From Candidatus Zixiibacteriota bacterium (GTDB lineage: Bacteria; Zixibacteria; MSB-5A5; WJJR01): a DNA stretch of 17,105 nucleotides. Position 1 is the first letter of the stretch. Each line of letters opens with the position of its first letter. Below, in pieces: positions 8,318-15,924 of the stretch. The notes beneath the pieces were generated by a model, which did no database searches, had not been told where the DNA came from, and was given only the letters and a program-made list of their open reading frames with translations. Position numbers and translations under genes: made by a program. Location: assembly GCA_036170655.1 (NCBI GenBank), contig JAVHPP010000042.1, forward strand, positions 1 through 17,105, read 5' to 3'.

Positions 8318-9565
8318 ATGACGTACAGCGAAGCAACACGCGCATGGTATCAGAAGGAACTGAAGGCGATCCATGACGCAGGCCTGTTCAAAGAAGAGCG
8401 TAGCATTCATGCCCCCCAAGGCGCGGAGATTGAAGTGGAGTACCCCGCGGGGGCTCCGGTCAGAACGGTCATTAATATGTGCGCGAACAACTACCTCGGA
8501 TTATCGAGTCATCCGGACGTGGTGGAGGCCGCGCATCGCGGGCTGGACCATCGCGGTTACGGGATGTCATCCGTGCGATTCATCTGCGGGACACAGGACA
8601 TTCACCGCGAATTGGAGCGCCAACTGACTGCGTTCCTTGGGACCGAAGACACGCTGTTGTTTCCCTCCTGCATGGATGCAAACGCGGGTGTGTTCGAAGC
8701 CATCCTGGGCGAACAGGATGTGATCATCGCCGACCGGCTGGTGCACGCATCATTGATCGACGGGATGCGTTTGTGCAAGGCGATGCAGGACACTTACAAG
8801 CACTCTGACATGGCCCACCTGGAGGAGAAGCTCCAGGAGCATCAGGACAAACGCGTCCGTATGATTGTCACCGATGGTGTCTTCTCCATGGATGGGGACC
8901 TGGCGCCGCTGGAACGGATCGTGGCCCTGGCGGAGTCGCACGATGCCATGGTGCTGGTGGATGACTCGCATGCGACGGGATTCATCGGGAAGACAGGACG
9001 CGGGACGCACGAGCATTACGGGGTCATGGGCCGCGTCGATGTCATCACGACCACACTCGGGAAGGCCTTGGGCGGCGCCTCCGGCGGCTGTGTCAGCGGG
9101 CGGCGCGAGCTGGTGGAGATGTGCCGTCAACGGGCGCGGCCGTATCTGTTCTCAAATACAGTTGCCCCAGTCATCGTCGCCGGGGCCTTGAAAGTTCTTG
9201 ATCTGATTTCACGGACGACCGAACGCCGTGACAAATTGGAGCAGAACACGCGCTATTGGCGCCAGTTGCTCACCGAAGCAGGCTTCGACATCAAGCCGGG
9301 CGAGAGTCCGATTGTGCCGGTGATGCTGTACAATGCCAAACTGGCGCAGGATGTGGCGCGCGACCTCTTTGCCGAAGGCATCTACGCGGTCGGGTTCTTT
9401 TTCCCCGTGGTGGCCAAAGGGCAGGCGCGGATTCGCACACAGTTGTCCGCCGCCCACGAGAAACATCATCTGGACACTGCCCTGGCGGCGTTTGTGAAGG
9501 TCGGAAAGAAGTATGACATTCTGGGCAAGGGGAAGAAGGAGATCATCGAGCGCTACGGGGTTTAG
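8318..9565 (+). CDS. kbl: Glycine C-acetyltransferase / 2-amino-3-ketobutyrate ligase (PLP alpha-oxoamine synthase family)
   Basis: CANNYLGL, Kbl-type GMSSVRFICGTQDIH, HASLIDG, TDGVFSMDGD, DDSHATG, PLP-Lys motif TLGKALGG, RQRARPYLFSN and ARIRTQLSAAH. GGAGG RBS. Confidence 0.93.
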   Translation: MTYSEATRAWYQKELKAIHDAGLFKEERSIHAPQGAEIEVEYPAGAPVRTVINMCANNYLGLSSHPDVVEAAHRGLDHRGYGMSSVRFICGTQDIHRELERQLTAFLGTEDTLLFPSCMDANAGVFEAILGEQDVIIADRLVHASLIDGMRLCKAMQDTYKHSDMAHLEEKLQEHQDKRVRMIVTDGVFSMDGDLAPLERIVALAESHDAMVLVDDSHATGFIGKTGRGTHEHYGVMGRVDVITTTLGKALGGASGGCVSGRRELVEMCRQRARPYLFSNTVAPVIVAGALKVLDLISRTTERRDKLEQNTRYWRQLLTEAGFDIKPGESPIVPVMLYNAKLAQDVARDLFAEGIYAVGFFFPVVAKGQARIRTQLSAAHEKHHLDTALAAFVKVGKKYDILGKGKKEIIERYGV

Positions 9566-9590
9566 CGAGCTGCTAAAAGAACGGACAAAC

Positions 9591-9623
9591 TATCATTCTG
9601 GGGAGCGGAGCGACGAAGAATCT
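9591..9623 (+). repeat. Single degenerate copy of a REP-like intergenic repeat (TGTCATTCTGAG...GCGAAGAATCT type)
   Basis: TATCATTCTGGGGAGCGGAGCGACGAAGAATCT with internal ATTCT/AGAAT pairing. It resembles a recalled family of dispersed intergenic palindromic repeats, but only one copy occurs in the window. Confidence 0.5.
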
Positions 9624-9689
9624 GCTTTCTGACAGAGGGCGCGCTACGCCTGATGAGGCGAATTCGAGAGAGAGGAAGAAGGGAATGCC

Positions 9690-10421
9690 ATGAGCCGGCT
9701 GCCTCTTCGTAAGGTGATCATCGCGATAACCGCGGTCGGCGGCGTGATGGCGCTTCTCATTTGGGGGTTTGTCGAGGGTCGCAAGGAGGCCGCTCTGGAA
9801 CGCGAACGTGAACAGCCAGTCGCCCCGCCGTTGCGCGTTTCGCTAACGGACGGACAAGTCGTCGTGACCGTTGACAAGGAGACGCGTGAACGCGGAGGTC
9901 TGGAGCTGGGGGCTCTGATGGCGGTCACGTTCCACCCGCGGACACGGGCCTATGCAGCGGTCGTCAACCTCGATCCACTGGCGTAACTGCAGGCGAACAT
10001 CCGAAAGATGCAAGCTGGTTTCTCCGCATCGCAGCAGGAGTATGAACCATCACGCGCCCTGTACGATCTGGCCCGAATCGTTTCCGACAGGGATCTCGTC
10101 TCCGCCGAAGTCGCATGGCACAAGGATGAAGCTGATCTCCGTGCTCTGCAGATCGCGGCGCAACAGGAGTGAGGTGACACAATCGCGGCGTGGCTAATGG
10201 GAGGTAACAGAACACTCGAGAACTTGTTCGCTGGAAGGGAGTCTCTGGTTCGCGTCAGTCTCCCGGGAGGAGTGCCGTTCCCTTCTCCATCTAAGACTGC
10301 CGATGTGCAGGTCAGTGACTCGGTGGTTGTCTCGGCGCGGTTCCTCTCTGCTGCGCGAAAGAGCAATCCCCGCCTCCAAAGTGTCGATCTCCTCTATTTT
10401 GCAGAGATCCCACCACTGTTT
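9690..10421 (+). pseudogene. Decayed RND periplasmic adaptor (membrane fusion protein, CzcB/CusB-like)
   Basis: One continuous frame from ATG 9690 (N-terminal TM helix, then a helical region) is interrupted by TAA at 9984-9986 and TGA at 10170-10172 (QQE*GDTIAAWL, probably TGG>TGA). It continues in frame into the 10197 ORF (LVRVSLP...NPRLQ) and is truncated at about 10400-10425. Confidence 0.75.
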
Positions 10422-11495
10422 TGCGTCGTCGGCAGCGATTTGGACTCTCTCGATCGCAAAGCTCCGGAGATCGCCCGAACGCTCTCCGACATACCCGGGG
10501 CAACGGAAATCCAGGTTCAATCACCTGTCGGCACGCCCCAACTGGCCGTTCGGCTCCGTTCAGACGACCTCGCGCGCTGGGGACTCAGCCCTGTCAATGT
10601 GCTCGAGACTGTCCGCATGGCCTTTCAAGGTGAGGTTGTGAGTCAGGTGTACGAGGACAACCGCGTGGTTGATGTGTCGGTCATTCTCGATCCTTCGGAG
10701 AGGCGGACCGTCGAACAGGTCGGAGCGTTGCCGTTGCGGAACAGCGCCGGGAATTATGTCTCCCTCCGACAGGTCGCTGATATCTATGTGACATCCGGGC
10801 GTTATGTGGTCCTGCACCAAGGCGCCCGGAGAGTGCAAACGGTGACCTGCAACGTCGCCGGGCGGGACGTCAATTCCTTCGTGGCGGAGGCACAGCGAAG
10901 AATCAAGCAAGCCGTGAACCTGCCTGCGGGGATGTATGTGGAATTCTCCGGTGCGGCGGAAGCGCAAACGCGCTCGCGGCAAGAGCTGGTCACTCATTCC
11001 TTGCTCGCCGGCGCTGGAATCATCCTGCTTCTATCTGTCGTCTTTGGTCGCGCGCGCAATCTTCTGCTTGTGCTCGTCAATTTGCCGTTCGCCTTGGTGG
11101 GCGGCATCCTGGCCGTGTTCGCTTCGGGTGGCTGGCTGACACTGGGGTCGATGGTCGGATTCGTAACTCTCTTCGGCATTACTCTCCGCAACTCGATCAT
11201 GATGATCTCACATTACGATCACCTGGTCAATGTTGATGGCATGGCGTGGGATCAGGACACGGCGATCCGTGGCGCTGCCGAACGCCTGACGCCGATCCTC
11301 ATGACCGCTCTCGTTACCGCTCTCGGTCTGTTGCCGCTCGCGATTGGGAGCCGTGCGCCGGGACGCGAGATCGAAGGCCCTCTCGCCATCGTGATCCTCG
11401 GCGGGCTCACCACATCGACGCTGTTGAATCTCCTTGTGCTTCCGACCCTGGCGCTCCGGTTCGGCCGGTTCGGTGGCAAAACGGACCGCCCTTGA
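10422..11495 (+). pseudogene. C-terminal ~360 aa of a CusA/CzcA-family heavy-metal RND permease (5' two-thirds deleted)
   Basis: GSDLDSLDRKA, VTCNVAGRDV, LVNLPFALVGG, GSMVGFVTLFGITLRNSIMMISH, ERLTPILMTALVTALGLLPLA and GREIEGPLAIVILGGLTTSTLLNLLVLP. Full-length members are about 1030-1050 aa. Confidence 0.85.
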
Positions 11496-11658
11496 GTTTG
11501 CGAAGACCAACGCCTGGTTATCGTGCAGCTTGTGACGAACAGGCGGCGATTCTGGCAACGAGCCGTCAGAGTCAAAGAGTACACGTGGGGAAGGGCAGCA
11601 TCGGGTTCGTGTTGGGGAAACGCCTCTGATGGTCCATGGTCAATTCCTCACGCTTACC

Positions 11659-13077
11659 TCAGAACTTTCGATTGTACTCCGCTTCGATCTGCTGTGCCGA
11701 GATCGACTCATCGAGGTAGTGGTTCTTGTCAGTTCCCATCCAACGTGGGTTCGGGTGGCGTCGCGTGATGCGATGGATATTCAGCAGATGACGAACAGTA
11801 ATGTTGTCGGTCGTCGTGTTGTGGGCCCCGGCGCCACAACTGAGCGTGAACGAGGGATGGAGGGCGTTGTTCATGCCGCCGAGCGCGCCGAATGTTGACG
11901 GCATATTGACAAGAATACGGCTTGCATCGACGGCACGGGAGAAGCGCGCGATTTCCTCATCGCGGTCCGAATAGATAACGGCGGTGTGCCCGACCCCGCC
12001 AAAGCGGGTGATTTCGGCGCAACGCTGGATTGCGGCATCGGCATTGGCTTCCACGTAGAAGGCGAGGATCGGGGCGAGGATTTCCGCCGAGAGCGTGGTA
12101 TCGGGCCCGACGGTGTCGAGCCGCGCCACGAGCAGTTTGCTGTCCGAAGGCACGCTGATGCCGGCGCTCTCGGCGATCCGGTGCACGGACTGGCCAACAA
12201 CGGTGGCGCGCATGACCCGCTGCTCGCGGTCATAAGCCACACGCCCAACCTTCTCGATTTCATCGGGAGAAAGAAAGTAAACCCCCTGCCTCGTGAACTC
12301 GGCAATGACCGGACGGGCTGTTTCCTGCCCGACCACGACGGCTTGTTCGCTGGCGCAGACCGTCCCGTTGTCGAACGTTTTTGACGCGATGATCGATGCC
12401 ACCGCGAAGGGCACATCCGCCGTGGGTCCGATATACACCGGGACATTCCCCGGGCCGACGCCGATGGTGGGTGTGCCCGACCGGGACGCCTTGCGCACCA
12501 CCGAACTGGTCCCGGTCGCGAGAATCAAAGACAAGTGGTGGTCGGACATGATGTCGTTGATTGTCTCCGACGATGTTTTCTCGAGACATTGAATGCAGTC
12601 CTCCGGTGCTCCCGCCTGTACAGCCACCTGATAGCAGATCGCAGCGGCGGCGGCAGTGCAATGACGCGCCGCGCCCGGTGGGCTGATGATCAGAGGGTTG
12701 CGCGTCTTCATTGCGATCAGGATTTTGAAAATCGTCGTCGCGGTGGGATTGGTCACGGGGATGAAGGCCAGGATCGGGCCGATGGACTGGGCCACTTCCA
12801 CAATGCCATTGCCAGCATTGTCGGACACGACACCGACCGTCCTCAGATTCTTGATGTCCTCATAGACCAGTTGGGTGGCAATGACGTTTTTCACGACCTT
12901 GTCCTGCCAGACCCCGAGTCCGGTTTCTTCGTGCGCCATCCGAGCCAACTCGACCCGGTGGTCCAGCGCGGCCAGATAGACGGCGCGCACAACCGCGTCA
13001 GTCTGCTTCTGGTCGAGGGCCCGAAAGGCGGCAGCGGCGGCGGATGCCCTGCGAATGATCTCCTGTGCGCGTGACAT
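11659..13077 (-). CDS. CoA-acylating aldehyde (acetaldehyde) dehydrogenase, stand-alone AdhE-type ALDH domain
   Basis: ETGLGVWQDKVVKN, IPVTNPTATTIFKILIAMKTRN, ILATG, IGVGPGN, catalytic SKTFDNGTVCASEQ, GHTAVIYS and PSFTLSCG. 472 aa with no Fe-ADH domain. Confidence 0.9.
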   Translation of the reverse strand: MSRAQEIIRRASAAAAAFRALDQKQTDAVVRAVYLAALDHRVELARMAHEETGLGVWQDKVVKNVIATQLVYEDIKNLRTVGVVSDNAGNGIVEVAQSIGPILAFIPVTNPTATTIFKILIAMKTRNPLIISPPGAARHCTAAAAAICYQVAVQAGAPEDCIQCLEKTSSETINDIMSDHHLSLILATGTSSVVRKASRSGTPTIGVGPGNVPVYIGPTADVPFAVASIIASKTFDNGTVCASEQAVVVGQETARPVIAEFTRQGVYFLSPDEIEKVGRVAYDREQRVMRATVVGQSVHRIAESAGISVPSDSKLLVARLDTVGPDTTLSAEILAPILAFYVEANADAAIQRCAEITRFGGVGHTAVIYSDRDEEIARFSRAVDASRILVNMPSTFGALGGMNNALHPSFTLSCGAGAHNTTTDNITVRHLLNIHRITRRHPNPRWMGTDKNHYLDESISAQQIEAEYNRKF

Positions 13078-13318
13078 AGGATTTCAGGCGGCTGACCTGC
13101 GAAGGCCGGCAGACGCGGACAGGAATTTACTCCACGCGGGGTGCAGCATCAAGCGGCTTTCCCCGGGATATGCGCAGTGGGTTCTGTCAAGCAAGACGAG
13201 AAGTGATTCCGCCCCGTGGCTTCGCGGCGTAGAGTGTTTGGGGGGGAGAGCGGCGACGGATTTACCGGGAACAAAAACGCCGGATCGAAGCCCCGCGTTT
13301 CGTGAGAAATCACATGCG

Positions 13319-14554
13319 ATGAGAATCCCCGACGATGAGCAGGTCCGCTGGCTGTATCTGGACCTCAACTCCTACTTTGCCTCGGTCGAGCAGCAGATCA
13401 ATCCCAAACTGCGCGGCCAGCCGGTGGGTGTTGTGCCGTTGCTGGCGGGGAACCCCTGCTGTATTGCGGCCAGCCGCGAAGCCAAGGTGTTCGGAGTGAA
13501 AACAGGCACCTCGATGGTGGATGCGCGGCGGCTGTGCCCGGGGATTCGCATTGTCGAAGCGCGGCCGCAACGGTATGTGGAATACCATCACCAGATCATC
13601 GCAGCCGTCGAGTCGTGCATCCCGGTCACGGGCATTCATTCCATTGACGAGATGGCCTGCCGCTTGAGTGGTCCGGAACGGGATCCGGCCGTGTCACTGC
13701 GACTCACGCACAAGATCAAGGAGACGGTCCGTGATATAGTGGGAGTGGTATTAACATCCTCGATCGGCTTGGCGCCGAACCGGTGGCTGGCCAAGGTCGC
13801 CACCGACATGCAGAAACCGGATGGGCTGGTTGTGATTCGCCGCCGCGACCTGCCGCAAATCCTCTACTCTCTTGCCCCCATCGATCTTCCCGGCATCGGC
13901 CCGCGGATGAACAAACGTCTCGAGGTACGCGGAATTACGACTGTGCAACGTCTCTGCGAACTGACCGAAAAGGAGATGTCACATCTGTGGGGCGGAATCA
14001 CCGGCCGGCGCTTCTGGCACTGGCTGCAGGGACACGACATCCCCGACGTGGTGACCCGCCGGAGTTCCCTCGGGCATTCGCATGTGCTGGGGCCCGAGGT
14101 GCGCAGCGAAGCGGGCGCTTACGGTGTGCTGCAACGACTGCTTTCCAAAGCGGCTGCGCGCCTGCGCCATGGTAATCTTTGGGCAACCGGCATGATCGTG
14201 TTTGTGAAGTGTTACAGCGGCCGCTCCTGGGAATCGAAAGCGTCATTTCAGGAGTGCCAGGACACATTGACGCTCTTGGAGACGCTGCGGATGCTGTGGC
14301 AGGAACGCCCATCGTTCGAACGCGCCACTCCGCAGATGGTTGGCGTGAGCTTCGTGGGGTTGGTCGCTGACGAGCGGCACAATCTGTCGCTGTTCGGCAG
14401 CGAACGACGCGAGGCGCTGTCCCGGGCGATGGACCGCGTCAACGCCCGGTACGGCCGCGATGCGCTCTACTTCGGCGGCATCCACGACTTCAAAACCACC
14501 GCCCCGACCCGCATCGGCTTCACCAGCATCCCCGAAGAGTGCGACTGGGCATGA
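13319..14554 (+). CDS. dinB: Y-family DNA polymerase IV (DinB-like)
   Basis: Probable ATG at 13319 (the track's 13055 start overlaps the ALDH gene). Motifs YLDLNSYFASVE, IAASREAKVFGVKTG, SIDE (catalytic acids intact), LAKVATDMQKPDG, LPGIG and a UmuC/DinB-like tail AMDRVNARYG. Confidence 0.88.
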   Translation: MRIPDDEQVRWLYLDLNSYFASVEQQINPKLRGQPVGVVPLLAGNPCCIAASREAKVFGVKTGTSMVDARRLCPGIRIVEARPQRYVEYHHQIIAAVESCIPVTGIHSIDEMACRLSGPERDPAVSLRLTHKIKETVRDIVGVVLTSSIGLAPNRWLAKVATDMQKPDGLVVIRRRDLPQILYSLAPIDLPGIGPRMNKRLEVRGITTVQRLCELTEKEMSHLWGGITGRRFWHWLQGHDIPDVVTRRSSLGHSHVLGPEVRSEAGAYGVLQRLLSKAAARLRHGNLWATGMIVFVKCYSGRSWESKASFQECQDTLTLLETLRMLWQERPSFERATPQMVGVSFVGLVADERHNLSLFGSERREALSRAMDRVNARYGRDALYFGGIHDFKTTAPTRIGFTSIPEECDWA

Positions 14555-14600
14555 GGGTCGCGGCTTGATTCCCGCAGAATCGTGCCGGAGCTGCTCACGG

Positions 14601-14669
14601 GCAGGGGCGGATTCAAACCTGCCCTGCTGAGACCTGAAATACAGAGGGCGGGTCTGAGACCCGCCCCAC
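14601..14669. repeat. Pair of REP-like GC-rich hairpins between convergent dinB and msrAB; possible bidirectional terminator
   Basis: GCAGGGGCGGATTCAAACCTGCCCTGC (14601-14627, imperfect stem) and GGGCGGGTCT-G-AGACCCGCCC (14646-14666, perfect 10-bp inverted repeat). Both resemble GTAGGGGCGGG...CCCGCCCCTAC REP units. Confidence 0.65.
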
Positions 14670-14706
14670 TATAGATCATAGTTTCCGACTTCGATGATGC
14701 TGGCTA

Positions 14707-15672
14707 TCAGAAGCGTTTCTGGTACGCGTGACAGTACGGCTGACTGCCGGTATGTTCGTAGTAATCCTGGTGATACTTCTCCGCTTCCCAGAATGTCTCT
14801 GCCTTGGAGAGCTGGGTGACAACGTCGTATCCTTTGTCCTTGAGAATACGAATCAGGCGTTCGGCGGTCTGTCGCTGATCATCGTTGGTATAGAAAACGG
14901 CTGAGCGGTACTGATCTCCGATGTCGGGTCCCTGGCGGTTGATCTCCGTCGGGTCGTGGATTTCAAAGAACAAGCGCGCTAGTTTCTCGAAGGTTATCTT
15001 CGATGGATTAAACTGGATTTCAACCGTCTCCGCATGGCCGGTGCCGTGGGCACAGACATCCTGATAGGTGGGATTCTTTGTGTGGCCGCCCATGTACCCC
15101 ACCCGCGTCCCGATGACCCCATCAGTCTTCTTCAGCATGTATTCCGTTCCCCAAAAACAGCCGCCCGCGAAGTAGGCTTTCTCTGTCTTCACTGTCGTTT
15201 CCGGGTCTGCGGCAACGAAGTTCAGCGAGATCGAATTGACGCAGTGACGCACGTTCCTGGGCGTGAGATGCTCACCGGCAAACACGTGTCCCAGATGCGC
15301 GCCGCAGCGCGCGCAGGTAATCTCCGTGCGGAGGCCATCCGCATCGACCGTGCGCCTGACCGCGCCGGGGATTTCATCGTCGAAACTGGGCCATCCGCAC
15401 TCGGAGTCGAACTTGTCGGAGGACCGATACAAGGAAGCGCCGCATTGCTTGCACGTGTAAGTGCCCTTCTCGTGGGAATTGGTGAACTTGCCGGTGAACG
15501 GCGGTTCGGTTCCCTTGTGGAGGATCACACGTTGTTCCTCCGGTGTCAGCCTATTGAGTGTCACGGTACTCTCCTCCGAACGTATTGTCAACGCCATGAC
15601 AACCACACCACAGACTACGGCCACCGCCATCGGAATGAAGAATCGCCATCGGAAACTTCTCCGCTTGAACAT
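14707..15672 (-). CDS. msrAB: Bifunctional methionine sulfoxide reductase MsrB-MsrA with N-terminal signal/anchor
   Basis: Probable ATG at 15672 (the track's 16134 start overlaps the methyltransferase). MsrB motifs GTEPPF, CKQC, KFDSECGWPSF, CARCGAHLGHVF and RHCVNS; MsrA motifs AGGCFWG, TGHAE, HDPT and AEKYHQDY. Confidence 0.95.
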   Translation of the reverse strand: MFKRRSFRWRFFIPMAVAVVCGVVVMALTIRSEESTVTLNRLTPEEQRVILHKGTEPPFTGKFTNSHEKGTYTCKQCGASLYRSSDKFDSECGWPSFDDEIPGAVRRTVDADGLRTEITCARCGAHLGHVFAGEHLTPRNVRHCVNSISLNFVAADPETTVKTEKAYFAGGCFWGTEYMLKKTDGVIGTRVGYMGGHTKNPTYQDVCAHGTGHAETVEIQFNPSKITFEKLARLFFEIHDPTEINRQGPDIGDQYRSAVFYTNDDQRQTAERLIRILKDKGYDVVTQLSKAETFWEAEKYHQDYYEHTGSQPYCHAYQKRF

Positions 15673-15737
15673 CAAGTGTTCGCCCCTTTCCAGCCTACTC
15701 AACTCCCCAGTCTGATGCAAGTGCCTTTCGCTCTCAC

Positions 15738-15766
15738 TTAGACGCGCGCGGGCGTCGAATTGTTCC
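15738..15766 (-). promoter_or_regulatory. Putative ECF sigma-factor promoter GGAAC-N17-CGTCTAA upstream of msrAB
   Basis: Minus strand GGAAC (15766-15762), a 17-nt spacer and CGTCTAA (15744-15738), about 65 nt upstream of the msrAB ATG. Confidence 0.5.
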
Positions 15767-15924
15767 CGGAGCCGGCGACCTTGGAGGCCCCGTTGTTGGC
15801 CAATCCGGTCGAAAGACAAGATCCGCTTCCCTCCTTGATTGCCGGCTTTCACATTGCTTTCTTTCGGTGGCGGCCTGACGGTTCGCCCGCCCGGGACCAA
15901 GCCAAGCATATACGGATCGCTCCG

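Noticed and set aside
8318..9565. Calling the PLP enzyme serine palmitoyltransferase or BioF because of the adjacent ACP
   Set aside because: The sequence carries Kbl-type signatures (SVRFICGTQ, RPYLFSN, RIRTQ) and is paired with Tdh; no ceramide synthase or bio genes are present.
9984..10172. Stop-codon recoding (TGA as Trp, Gly or Sec) in the adaptor gene
   Set aside because: Many intact genes here end in TGA, the other internal stop is TAA, and the locus is also deleted, so pseudogenisation is the simpler explanation.
11572..11637. 21-codon minus-strand ORF with a GAGG RBS just downstream of the ALDH gene (MDHQRRFPNTNPMLPFPTCTL)
   Set aside because: Too short and has no recognisable motif. 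It might be the stub of a lost gene, but this cannot be supported.
13055..13318. N-terminal extension of DinB given in the ORF track
   Set aside because: It overlaps the start of the divergent ALDH gene and has no Y-family features; the family motif begins just after ATG 13319.
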